Source: Rhynchopus sp. YZ270_cl-10 (lineage: Eukaryota). Taken from it: a stretch of DNA of 64,000 nt. Numbering within the stretch: position 1 is the stretch's first letter; the number at the start of each line of letters is the position of its first letter. The translations under genes and the position numbers were made by a program. The DNA lies in assembly GCA_964035575.1 (NCBI GenBank), contig OZ037836.1:1364001-1428000 (forward strand). Direction: 5' to 3'. The notes under the pieces are model-generated. The model was not told the origin of the DNA, ran no database searches, and saw only the letters and a list, made by a program, of their open reading frames with translations. This document shows, piece by piece, positions 1 to 11,578 of the stretch.

Positions 1-5
1 AGTTT

Positions 6-2389
6 GGGGAATAGTCAGTTATGCCCTACCCTTTTTTTGAAATGGTCAGAGATACCCGAAAATAAGTTCAGATATACCCGAAAACCAGAAATAGGGCATA
101 ACTGACTATATCTGAACTTATTTTCGGGTATTTGAACTTATTTTCGGGTATATCTGAACTTTTTCCGGGTATCTCTGAACTTATTTGGGGTACCCACTTA
201 TTTGGGGGTACCCCCTTTGATTTTTTGCCCAGTGGGTGAGTGACCCACCATGAGGGAATGCGACAGCAGAGACAGTATTGAAGCAGCATGGTATGATTTT
301 CACCCCTCTACCCCACACACAGTTACTTTTAGTGGGGGTAAATACCCGCAAACCCGCAAACCCTTATACATGGTCCCTCGCTTCGCTTGGGAACCATTAG
401 TGCAGCAGGAAACTCTCTGTAGCGTGAAAAAAGGCTACCTTATTTCGCGGAAATACATAGTTATTACCACTTTTTTCATTAACCTCACCCTTCCCGACTA
501 CTGCGTTTGTACACCATACTTAATCACACCCCACATTTACACTCATCACAGGATCGTGAAATCTGAACTGCATCCGTGATTGCGATGAGCGCCGCTCTCC
601 GACATTCAACAACTCAAAATACAAGGCTTCACCCAAATCAATCTATTCTAGATTTGTTTGTGGACGAAGACCTGGGGGTGGGAACACTTTGTCAGTCACT
701 GCTATTGCCATTAACCCAGGGAGCATAGCTAGTGCAAGAAATTCGACTTTGGAAACCTTCCGGAAAGTCTGTCCTCTGCTTACGGAGGACGAGGCACAAG
801 AAAATATTGCGTTCCCCCAGAAAACCAGTGCACATTTCACACTCCTTGTGGGTGGTCTTGTTGCCTTTTTTGTCAAGTAATTTTGGCCCAGGCATGCTCT
901 CGAAGCATGACAATTTAGTGTGTATGGGGCAGGGTGTTGTTTTGTTCTGAATTCTCTTTGTTATAACATCTAAGTCAATCGCGGGTGGTGGTTTGTGTAG
1001 CGTGAGGCACTCTTTTTAGCAAACTTCCTGCGGCTGCTAAAGTGTTATTTCTTCGGATTTAACAACGTACAGCGTAACATAGTGGTTTAGCCTGGTCGAC
1101 ACAACCTTTGATAGATATGGGATAACCAACCCCCTTCGACCCCTCGTGGGTTCACTGAACAAGCCCTCGTGGTAGTTAAACGCGATTGACATTTACATTT
1201 CTTAGAGATGAAAGAACAAGATAACACTTCTGTACCCGCGCATCAAAATTGTGGAAAACTTTGCACCCCAAACACCCTCAACAACGCCCGCCAAAAGGCG
1301 CCCCTTGTTGCTGGGAGTTGGTTCTCATGATACCTGCACAGCGGGCATTCCTCTGAGTCCAACGCATGTTTGGCCTGTCTGCGGCGTTGTACTTCAGGTG
1401 CACGAAGACAGGGTCTGGTGGTAAATTTTGCGTAGTACTGCGACGTAGTGCTGCGTGGGTCTGGAAACCTGGGTACCTGGGTACAGGAAATTTGTTGTGG
1501 AAGACATCAACCACCATGCATTGAGGAGGGTAAGACAGTGTTCGCAGTTTCTACCTGATAGCATTACAACATTTAACTTCTCCACGGGGGTCTTGGGCCG
1601 TTCACTCGGTTCTACCTTGACTACCGGAAGATATTCTTGAGGCCTTTTTGGTCTCTAGAATATCCGGTCTTCCCGAACGGAGGCACACTTTGTGTGTTAC
1701 TACGACCTGGCAATTTCCAGCAGTAGGTTAAGTAATCTTTCTTGTAAATTGTTGGAACATTATCTCCTCAGTGCATGAATGCCCCACGTGACTGGACACT
1801 TTTGTGTTTGTCATGTGGAGCTGTGGTTGCTCTTTCACGACTTTTTTCCTGTTCCTGGGTACCTGTTCCTGGACCTGGGTACCTGGGTACCTGGGTACCT
1901 GGGTACCTGGGTACCTGGGTACCTGGGTACCTGGGTACCTGGGTACCTGGGTACCTGGGTACCTGGGTACCTGGGTACCTGGGTACCTGGGTACCTGGGT
2001 ACCTGGGTACCTGGGTACCTGGGTACCTGGGTACCTGGGTACCTGGGTACCTGGGTACCTGGGTACCTGGGTATCTGGGTATCTGGGTATCTGGGTATCT
2101 GGGTATCTGGGTATCTGGGTATACCCGAAAACCAACTTTTTTGGGGTACCCGAAAAAAGTTGGCGATATGGTCAGACATGCCCGAAAATAAGTTGAGAAA
2201 TGGTCAGAGATACCCGAAATACCCGAAAATAAGTTCAGATATTGGTCAGTTATGCCCTATTTTTGAAAATGGGGCATCTCTGACCAATATCTGAACTTAT
2301 TTTCGGGTATCTCTGACCAATATCTGAACTTATTTTCGGGTATCTCTGACCATTTCAAAAAAAGGGTAGGGCATAACTGACTATTCCCC
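6..2389. mobile_element. Non-autonomous TIR DNA transposon, probably Mutator-like
   Basis: ~70-bp terminal inverted repeats (GGGGAATAGTCAGTTATGCCCTACCC... at 6; reverse complement ends at 2389) with subterminal repeats. Right flank is AAAAAGTTT and the visible left flank is ...AGTTT, consistent with a 9-bp TSD cut by the window edge. No intact transposase. Confidence 0.75.
1874..2122 (+). repeat. 8-bp tandem repeat (CCTGGGTA)n, ~31 copies, last ~6 units TCTGGGTA
   Basis: Directly visible; source of the spurious GYLGTWVP/PRYPGTQV ORFs. Confidence 0.95.
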
Positions 2390-2907
2390 AAAAAGTTTTT
2401 TTCTTCTTTTTTCTTATTCCTTTCTCTGTCCTTACTGGATGTAATGTCTGATCACCAGGAGGAAGAGTAACCTCTAGAGTCTTGGTCTTGATGGCTGCCG
2501 TGTATACGTAAATCGAAAATGTGAAAAAATGCGAAAACCAAACCACAAGGTAATAAAAACAGGTAAATTTGTCTACTTAGGTTAGGAAATTCTGGAAAAT
2601 AGGTACTATTTAGCCGCATGCGTGCCCAAATGTCCCCTTTTTTCTGCCTTGTATAATACAAGGGTGTATTCGTTCTCCGGTGCTCAAACCTCGCCCCAGA
2701 AGGAGCAGAACTTATTTTTTGCCTCATTTCACGTTGTCGTGTATCGCGTCCACCTTGGTCTTTGTGAAGTACTTCTCCTCGCAGGTGTTGAAGGCGTCGA
2801 GGACACAAAAAATTCAACTTTGACTGAGAATCATATCAATCAAACCAAACAACACAACCACTGCTTGCAGCAGGCCTTCTTGACTTGCAGCAGGTTGCAT
2901 CAATACG

Positions 2908-4155
2908 TCAGACACTTCGCTGGGAACGGTACTTCTTCGACACAGCATGTGTCGCAGTCGCGAAGGCCTCCTTGTGGGGAAGGCCAGACTTCATGGCAGC
3001 CGTGTACTCAGCGGGGAAGTGCTTCTTCGTGAAGAGCGCGTACTTGGTAGCAGGCTTCTTCAGGCTCTGGCGGATGTCGGTCCTCTTGGCCTTGTTCTTT
3101 GCTGCCTCAGCCTCGAGCACTCCACGCTGCTGGGCGGAGAGTGCTGCCCACTTCGTGTTCACATCCTTCAGGGTCAGCTTCGTTCCCTTCATCGTCTTCT
3201 GGAAGAACAGGGCGCGTGCGGTGACAGGTCCGCTCGATGCGATCTTGCCCTTCTTGGCCTTCTCCTCGTTGACACGATCCTTGAGGGCAGCCTTCTTGTC
3301 CTTGGCAGCCTGTCTCTTCTTCGCCAGACGAGCCTTGAGGGCAGCCTTCTTGGCCTTGACAGCCTGCTTTCTCTTCGCAACACGAGCCCTGAGAGCAGCC
3401 TTCTTTGCCTTCTGAACCTGCTTTGCCTCCTTAACACGAGCCTTCAGGGCAGCCTTCTGAACCTGCTTTGCCTCGTCAACACGAGCCTTCAGGGCAGCCT
3501 TCTCTGTTTTCTTGACCTGCTTTGCCTCGTCAACACGAGCCTTCTTTGCCTTTTTAGTCTGGACCTTCTTGAGGGCGGCTTTCATGGCCTTGTAAGCAGC
3601 CTTCTTGTCCTTCTTGACCTGTGCCTTCTTCGCAGCCTTCTTGGCAGCGCGAGCCTTCAGGGCAGCCTTCTTGGCCTTGACAGCCTGTGCCTTCTTCGCA
3701 GCCTTCTTGGCAGCGCGAGCGTTCAGGGCAGCCTTCTTGGCCTTGACAGCCTGTGCCTTCTTCGCAGCCTTCTTGGCAGCGCGAGCGTTCAGGGCAGCCT
3801 TAAGAGCAGCCTTCTTCACCTTGACAGCCTGTGCCTTCTTCGCAGCCTTCTTGTCAGCGCGAGCCTTCTTGGCAGCGCGAGCCTTCAGGGCAGCCTTAAG
3901 AGCAGCCTTCTTCACCTTGACAGCCTGTGCCTTCTTCGCAGCCTTCTTGTCAGCGCGAGCCTTCAGGGCAGCCTTAAGAGCAGCCTTCACCTTCTTGGCA
4001 GACACCTTCTTCGACGCAGACTTCTTCGCCACAGGCTTCTTTGCTGCCTTGGTCACCTTGCTGTGCATCTGCACGGCACCCACCTGCACAGCACCCACCT
4101 GCACAGCAGGGAGCACGAACTTCGCCTGGCGCACAATGGAACGAAGAGACATCAT
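2908..4155 (-). CDS. Lys/Ala-rich histone-H1-like, KAP-like mitochondrial DNA-binding protein with C-terminal HMG-box-like pair (415 aa)
   Basis: Arg-containing, acid-free N-terminus (MMSLRSIVRQAKFVLP) resembling a presequence; KKAALKARAAKK repeats; C-terminal GPVTARALFFQK...VNTKWAALSAQQR and KKPATKYALFTKKHF segments resemble the degenerate HMG boxes of kinetoplast-associated proteins. Confidence 0.75.
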   Translation of the reverse strand: MMSLRSIVRQAKFVLPAVQVGAVQVGAVQMHSKVTKAAKKPVAKKSASKKVSAKKVKAALKAALKARADKKAAKKAQAVKVKKAALKAALKARAAKKARADKKAAKKAQAVKVKKAALKAALNARAAKKAAKKAQAVKAKKAALNARAAKKAAKKAQAVKAKKAALKARAAKKAAKKAQVKKDKKAAYKAMKAALKKVQTKKAKKARVDEAKQVKKTEKAALKARVDEAKQVQKAALKARVKEAKQVQKAKKAALRARVAKRKQAVKAKKAALKARLAKKRQAAKDKKAALKDRVNEEKAKKGKIASSGPVTARALFFQKTMKGTKLTLKDVNTKWAALSAQQRGVLEAEAAKNKAKRTDIRQSLKKPATKYALFTKKHFPAEYTAAMKSGLPHKEAFATATHAVSKKYRSQRSV

Positions 4156-4263
4156 TTTGAAGTGTGAAGGGTGTGACGGGCATATAATGTGGTGGAACTG
4201 TGGTGGTGGGGGTGGGTTGTGCTATTCAAAAAGCTGTGAGGGAGCAGAACTTATTTTTTTGCC

Positions 4264-4431
4264 TCATTTCACGTTGTCGTGTATCGCGTCCACCTTGGTC
4301 TTTGTGAAGTACTTCTCCTCGCAGGTGTTGAAGGCGTCGAGGATGGGCTGGCATTTGCTTGCAAGACGCTGTTTTATGCAACGCTGCACTGCTTCCCGTT
4401 CGCGTAGGCACGGGTGTGACCCTCTGGCTGG
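4264..4431 (-). pseudogene. Orphan terminal exon of a twin-CX9C (CHCH) protein
   Basis: PARGSHPCLREREAVQRCIKQRLASKCQPILDAFNTCEEK contains two exact CX9C motifs and follows a C-rich tract + CACAG acceptor. No upstream exon recognised. A 3' fragment recurs at ~2702-2803. Confidence 0.65.
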
Positions 4432-4458
4432 CTGTGGGGAGGGGGGATGGGTGATCAT

Positions 4459-5886
4459 CAAGGATATCTCTAAATCCGTCCCTTTTTGGCCAAATTCCGA
4501 AATCCCAATCCAAAAAATTCCCTGTTTTTTTGGTGTAGTTTTTGGGCTGTTTTTTGACTTTTTTGTGGGGGGGAAAAAAATTTTCCCGCTATGTCGTCAG
4601 GGCTCTCGCCGGGGGTGATTTGGGGTCCCGAGCTTTCCCCCCGTAAAAGCGGTCGCTGCGTGCGCTTCGCGCGCGCGACTCCCTGCCAGTGCAGGGAGGC
4701 GTGGCGCTTTCTCCCCTCTGATGCACAAAAGGCAGGTGGGGAGGGGTGAACCACAATACGTAGTGTGTGTCAGCCTTATCAGTAACCTCGGTACATTTAT
4801 GAAAGAAACGGCGGTCATGGCACCCAAAGGTTCCTGGCGAAGCCACGGTACGCAACATGTGAGATCTCCTCCGTCTTTCAACCCTCATAATTGAATGCGA
4901 TTGACACGTCTTTTTGTGTACCACCTCAAATGTCTCTGATGCTGGACGTTTGCCTGCAACTGACGCGAACATCCGCACCCACAACTACAGCAACCGCCTG
5001 CAGAGCCAATTTTTTCCTCAAAAACCCGGAACTTTTTTTTTTTTCTTTTTCCCCTTTTTCGCTTTATTTGATCGCGTTGATCGATCGCATCCCACAGGCG
5101 AAACTCTCTGGGGGTGGGGTGGGGTAGAATGTACCTGAAATTGCTGTAGGGAAAAACAGGGAATTTTTTTCAGGGAATTTTTTTATTTTCCCGAAATCCC
5201 AATCAGAGATGGAGATAGATTTGGGATTTTCAAAAAAGACCCGGTTTGACCCGGTCTGAGCTTTTTGGGGTCAAAAAAAAAAAAATTTCGCGCTGCGCGC
5301 GAAAATGACACTGCACGTGCGACCTGGTTGTTACACTTCTTTGGCGGGGAACTTGCGCAACAGCGTTTGTGCCTTGATGAAGGGGAGTAGGGTCCATGTT
5401 CCCCCGTTGTGCAGCACACCGAACTTCACGCACTCGGCAAAAGTGGATTTCTCGGCGGTCATGGCCCCAAAGGTTCCTGGCGAAGCCACGGTACGCAACA
5501 TTTCAAAAAAAAATGCGCTTAAAATTGTACATTTTGGGGTGGGTTGCAAGCTTGCGCCGCAGGCGCACGGTACGCTACTTTTATTATTTCGCCATGCTGC
5601 ATGCTTCCTTTTGCTTCGGCGTTTGACTAATTGAGTCGCGTTCTGGCTGTGACGGGGTCACTTTGTTCATGAGGCCATTTCTGGTCACTCTCAGAGGCTC
5701 GTGTGAGGTACCAAAAAAAATCGATTTTCTCCCAAAATTGCAAATACCATTTTTTTTTTTTTTTTCCAGACCGGGTTTTTCGCCAAAATCCCATTTTTTT
5801 TTTTTTTGACCCGGTTTTGAAACCGGGTCAATAGACGCACCTCCACCCCTGATCCCAATCCCAATCCAGAATTAGAAAAATCCCTG
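4459..5886. mobile_element. Non-autonomous hAT-type element carrying nested hairpin repeats
   Basis: 8-bp direct repeat GTGATCAT at 4451-4458 and 5887-5894; imperfect TIR CAAGGATATCTCTAAATCCG / CAGGGATTTTTCTAATTCTG (15/20). Confidence 0.65.
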
Positions 5887-5914
5887 GTGATCATTTGAAA
5901 AAAAATAGCTTATG

Positions 5915-6061
5915 ATTACCGTTAAATTATATCCCCACAATTTAACGCAGTGAGTTGTGGGTCACGAGTGTACTAATCCCACGAGCGCAGCGAGTGGGAT
6001 TCGTGAACGAGTGACCCACAACTCACTAAGTTAAATTGCCGGGATATAATTTAACAATAAT
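5915..6061. repeat. ~147-bp imperfect palindrome
   Basis: Arms GTTAAATTATATCCC...AGTGAGTTGTGGGTCAC...AATCCCAC and their reverse complements around GAGCGCAGCGA. Confidence 0.85.
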
Positions 6062-6072
6062 TAGTAGTTTTC

Positions 6073-6827
6073 ATTAACGTGCAATTATAAACGAGTCACA
6101 AAATCCTATTACAGCCGTGAAATCTGAAATCCTCTATGAACAACCTGTGTGGTGGCGGCAGGTACGTACCCAGGTACACAGGTACACAAGTAAGTCGTGA
6201 AAGGGCAACCACAGGTGACCAGGCAGTCCACTTGACAAACACAAAAGTGTCCAGTCACGTGGGGCATTCATGCACTGAGGAAATAATGATCAACAATTTA
6301 CAAGAAAGTATTACTTGACCTACTGCTGGAAATTGCCAGGTAAGTAACAGGGTGCTCTACCCCCGCTCGGGAATCTCGAATTACAGCGTCCAAAAGGCCT
6401 CATTCACTAGTCATGGCATAACAGTTCGCCAGGTGAAAGGCCCATGACCCCCGCGGAGAAATTAAATGTTGTAAGGCTTTCAAGTAAACTGCGAGACTGT
6501 CTTACTCTCCTCAATGCATGGTGAAAGATGTCTTTGACAAATTTGCGATCACTTTTTGGGCTATTTTTCCCAAAGTAACCTCGTGCCTCACTTTTGCCTC
6601 ACTTGTCCCAAAATGGCATATTTTTTGTGATTTTTCTGGGTGGATTCTCCTGTTTCTGTGAGCGTGTAATTATAATTTTACAATTTCACGGTCACTTTTT
6701 CCACGCATTTTTACAGGTAAACATAGTTTCACGGTAAAAATAACTTCACGGTAACCGTTAAATTGTGGTTTTCGAATTTCACGGCTTGTAATAGGATTTT
6801 GTGAAGAGTTTATAATTGCACGTTAAT
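6073..6827. mobile_element. ~755-bp segment bounded by ~51-bp inverted repeats
   Basis: ATTAACGTGCAATTATAAAC...CCGTGAAAT (6073-6123) vs its reverse complement at 6776-6827. Interior ~6225-6545 is an inverted, diverged homologue of ~1492-1815. Confidence 0.6.
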
Positions 6828-7106
6828 AAAAATAATAAAACCTACATCCTCGAAACTTTTCTACACAAATGATTTCATTGAACGCATCCCCCCTTTTTTT
6901 TTTTTTTCTAATTATTTATTTGAAACGCAGAGTTTGTTTTGGCCCCGTCTGTGAGTGTTGGTTGAATTGGAGTCGGGGAGCAGAGGTTGGGGAGAAAAGA
7001 GAGAGAGGAAACAAATGCAAGACTATCGAATTATACACACGAATTCATCCTTCGATTCCAAAAAGGTCCGATCCTTACAGTTTGTATTATTTCCTAACAA
7101 CCACTC

Positions 7107-7160
7107 CGTTACACTGCGTTACGCTGCGTTACGCTGCGTTACGCTGCGTTACACTGCGTT
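7107..7160 (+). repeat. (ACGCTGCGTT)n minisatellite, ~5 units
   Basis: Directly visible. Confidence 0.9.
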
Positions 7161-8131
7161 GTTGTCTGCAAAAAAAAAAACTAGACGATATCATCCGCCA
7201 ACTGATCTTGATAACAATAAAAATATAACAGTGTTTTTCGTTGAACGCAGCCAAATAGGGGTAAAAATCTGTTTGGCGCAAGGTGAAAGGAATCAAGGGG
7301 AAATACTGTTATACAAGATCTGAACGTTGGCTTTCTTTTTGTCTAGTTTCTTAATACACTACGTGTTTGGAAAAAAAAAAAAAAAAAAAAAAAATGCAGA
7401 ATTTTAATTTCTGGTATTGTTCAGGCACTACTATGTCACAAAAAACGCTGGAAAAGAAAAATAAATAGTTGTTTCGGCCCCCCTGCCCCTGAAAGGTCAT
7501 TTGAACAATAAGTACACGAAGCAGGTTCACGCGAACCAAGACGGGGCTCTCTGCAGATTGTGCTTACAGCGTTACCCCCAGAGTAAATGACACAATGCTC
7601 AACACAAGATACAGCTCGCCACGTCACATCGTGGACCGCATGAAGCGACACAAAAAACTCTTCCTGTACAAAAACCTCCAAACGACAGACGAAGATGTGC
7701 TGAAGCACGAAGCACCGAGGTGCGAATGAGGGGATGGATAATAGCAAGAGAGATGAAGGGATAGATCCTGCACCCCAAAAGACTATGTGCAGCATCTACC
7801 CAACGATCGAGGACAATCACGCAGTATACTAAAGGAGATACCGAACCCAGACAAATGGGGGACAGGGCAAAAAGTTATTTCATTTACTTTCTTTCCAAAC
7901 GAAAAGAAGGCAAAGCGGGTGCAAAGGAGGGCAAAAAGAAAAGGTTATAAGATGACCCTAAGCCTCTCTTAATGTATTGAACATTGGCTATTCACCTCGT
8001 GTGCGTAGTCACCTTGATCACATTCGTTATCGCGGAGCAACAGCTGCGCTGGTTTCCGCAAGCTTTGAAAATAAAACTCTTCCTTTTTTAGATAGATATT
8101 CAGTAAAAAGAAACGAAAACAAGGAAAAAAA

Positions 8132-8465
8132 AGAGAGAAAGTTTTTTCGTTGACCGCTCGAATTAGTGTCCCTGAGTGAATGAATCTGGGGAGTAATTCG
8201 GCAAGCACTATCTAAACGGTGTATTCGAGCGATTCGAGTGGTTCGCGGTGTATTCGTGTCGGCTTAGTTAGTGTCGCCACTCGTTTTGTGCCAATGAATT
8301 ACAAAAAGGTTGTTGATCCCTCGTTAGTTGCCCGTGTGCGTTTGTTTTTCGTGATTATTCCATTGTGTATGTGTAGTGAGGGAGAGAAAGTTTTTTCGTT
8401 GATCGCTCGAATTAGTGTCCCTGAGTGAATGAATCTGGGGAGTAATTCGGCAAGCACTATCTAAA
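8132..8465 (+). repeat. Pair of ~84-bp direct repeats
   Basis: GAGAGAAAGTTTTTTCGTTGA...GCAAGCACTATCTAAA at ~8132-8216 and ~8382-8465. Confidence 0.85.
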
Positions 8466-9908
8466 AACAGAGTTTTATTTTTATATGACGATTCTCGTAT
8501 ATTCAAAAAAAAAATGTATGTTTGTGGCAAAGCTTGTATCCCGCTGTGTCATACCAGATGCGATGCATCACGGCGGAACTGGTCCGGCAGCTCATCCTCA
8601 CCCATGACACGTCCTCCCTCCACTATAAACGTCGACGTGGAACTGCTTTCCTGCATCTGTTGCTTCCATGTGTCCATCTTACACCACCCTCTTCACCCTC
8701 TTTTCTTCCTTTTCTGATTCTGAATCTGCTCCAAGCACCAACGGGAAACACGCCTTCGCAAAAAATGGTGTATCAATTCTCCCTCTCAGCAGAACACCGT
8801 CTATGAGAAAAGAAGCGTGACGGGAGGGGGTGAGAAAAGGCGGAGGTGGGGGACAGCCTTTTGTTGGAAACCGTCATCACACCTCTTCGTGCAAGCTACC
8901 AAGAAGACAGTGAAAGACCACGTGGTGTTAACGAGTTCAGTGATAATAAATTGCAGAAAAAGGGGGGGTTGGGACGGGAGGTACATTGTAATGAATAAGA
9001 CATGGGTTTTTGTGGGGATTCTTTTGCAGCACAGAGTAAAATAACACAATGTGTGGAACGTCTTGCTCAGCACAGCTCTCCTCTCGCACCAAGTAGTAGT
9101 CTGTGCCACGGTGAGCAAGACTGTGCCCCTCTTCTTCTCCGAACCAGAGGACGCAAGCAGACATACTGCCAGAGACCCTCCACCTCGGGGAGGTGCTGCC
9201 CTCCTGCAGTTCGCAGCAAAATACGAACATCTAGAACCGCAACTAAAATGCGTCGCATTCCTGAGTGGTGATAAACCCAAGGTCGTTAAGCTGCTGCAGT
9301 TCGAAAGGAACCACCCACCAACCTGCCTCACGTTGTTGAGTGCAGATAAATCGATGTTGGTTAAGCTCGTACAGCCGGTAAGAAAGTGGTTATCAATCTG
9401 CGTCACGTTGTTGAATGGTGATAAATCCAGGGTTGTTAAGCTGCTGCAGTTATGAAGGAACTCTGTGCCAACGTGCGTAACGTTGCTGAGTGGTGATAAA
9501 TCAACTGCAGTTAATCTCACGCATCCATAAAGAAAGCTGTTACCAACCTGCGTCACATTGCTGAGTGGCGACAAATCCAGGGTCGTTAAGCTGAAGCAGT
9601 TCTGAAGGAAGCACTCACTCACCTGCGTCACATTGCTCAGCCCAGAGAGATCAATACTTGTCAACGAGCGGCAGCAAGCCAGGAAGCTGTGACCAATGTG
9701 AGTCACAGTGGACACAGCACTGAGATCAAGTCTCGTCAACGAAGTGCGCGACAAGAAGTAATTCGGAATGACAGTCGCAACCTCCGCCTGCAGAAGCAAA
9801 CACGCCACCTCAGGATCCTCCACACTCTTCAACTTCTCGGCTGTGATGTCGGTCACACCCAACGCATGAAGCTCTGCAATGGCTTCGTACTTCTGCGTCT
9901 TCGTGAGG

Positions 9909-11560
9909 TAGGGGTCCGTTTTAGGTCTCTGGCAGGCCGGGCCTTCTTTCTGTGGCCTTCCCAACCAAAAGACCCCCAAAAAACACAGGTACCTGCTGCG
10001 TTTAATGGCACTTTACCCCAGTCCCTGGAACAGATCGGCAAGCCGACCAGCCCAGGTATGCATGCCAACACTACTGGGGGTGCACTGTTCGATAGCATAA
10101 AAGAAAAGTCAAAAAGTCAAAAAGACAAGAAGGTCAAACAAAATAGGTACTTCGAACAGGGCTGACAGGAGGGGATTCTCACCCGAGGTTCGGTGCCTGT
10201 CAGGCTGCGATTAGTGGTTCTGGGTGATTCCCTTCTTCCTAGCCACCGTTACCGCGTTGCCCGCACCGTAAGAGAGTGGGGACGGTTCACGACCGTTCGT
10301 ACGCGTCAGCAAAAGTAGGGGTCGGAGTCCAGGCCCGAACCGGAAACATTAACCTCCGTTTTTCGAAACATTAAAAAGTAAAAATGAAAAAGAAAAATCA
10401 ACAGCAAGAGCAGTGTTGCTGTAAAAGAAACAGCAGCACCGTCAGCTAACATGTCCACACAATATGGCAGACGGCCACACAAAATTCCCCTGATTTGTAC
10501 AGAGAAAGTTGTAACTTCTTCCTTACAAGTAAGGGAGTGCCGGCAGGGAAGGAGTTACAACAAACAGTGAACAAACTCAAGTACCAGCCTTTCCGCGTAG
10601 CACGGACCCTACATTTGGTAGTTGGTCTGCCCTACTGCCTCATCTGCACCGTAGCTGGACGCCACGGCGACAACTCCTTCATCTTCAACGTACCAAAGCA
10701 CGTGAAAATAGAACAAAAACAAACACATTGGAAAACAACAGAGCATGTACCTGCAGATCCACAGTTGTTTCACGTACAGTGCATACACCCTGAAAGCTTA
10801 ACCTCTTCCTTCTAGCACAGACGTTGGTCTGCCCTACTACTTCTTCTGCACCGTAGCTGAATGCCACGGCGACAACTTGTACCCACCTGCGAATGAATGT
10901 TCGCAGATCCCTTCTTCTACTAACGTATAAAAAACGTAAAAACAGACCAAAAACTACAACATGCCACACTGAATTAACGACAGAGCACGCACCTGCAGAT
11001 CCACAGATGTTTCACTACGGTGTACACAGCCTGAGGTTAAACACATAACACAAGAATTCTACTACGGCAAAAAGATGAAAACTGAACTGAACTGAACAAA
11101 ACTACAACACACCACACTGAATACACAAGAGCACGTACCTGCTGATCCACAGTTGTTTCACATACAGTGTACGCACCAACAAAGCAACACAACGTTCCCA
11201 TGCGGTCAAACGACAACACAGGAACAGCAACAATATTCCGTCACCAGTAGAGACACCGGCAACGCTTCCTTCTTGTACCTGGGATCCCCTCATCGGCATC
11301 AACACACTCCCAGTCACCGCACAGGTAACAGATCCTTGAAACCCCTCCGAAGGGGTTTGCGTAGCCTACATAAGCTGGTGATCTGCCCGAAATTGACTGT
11401 GATGTTGTATTAATAACCAGGGTTCCCACATCGGCTTGTTCCTCCTCCGGTCCCGAGCGAATCCATCATTGGAGAGGCGGCCGCCCACGCTGACTCAGTA
11501 CCATGCGAACACGGCGTCCAGGGGACCCACTTGGCGGTTGGTCAGACGTTAATTGCCCCC
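9909..11560 (-). mobile_element. 1652-bp non-coding retroposon-like insertion, family 1 copy 1
   Basis: Flanked by 18-bp TTCTGCGTCTTCGTGAGG (9891-9908, 11561-11578); no TIR or LTR, no long ORF; ~200-bp internal repeats. Confidence 0.85.
11488..11560 (-). ncRNA. Putative HDV-like self-cleaving ribozyme
   Basis: Same fold as 13544-13616, with one substitution (G36U) weakening P1. Confidence 0.55.
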
Positions 11561-11578
11561 TTCTGCGTCTTCGTGAGG

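Noticed and set aside
1728..2294. ORFs with GYLGTWVP / PRYPGTQV repeats; telomere-like array
   Set aside because: Translation of an 8-bp tandem repeat that is internal to a TIR element and is not TTAGGG.
2947..4618. Long plus-strand Leu/Ser- and Ala/Phe-rich ORFs (also 31908-32937)
   Set aside because: Antisense shadows of the KAP-like genes.
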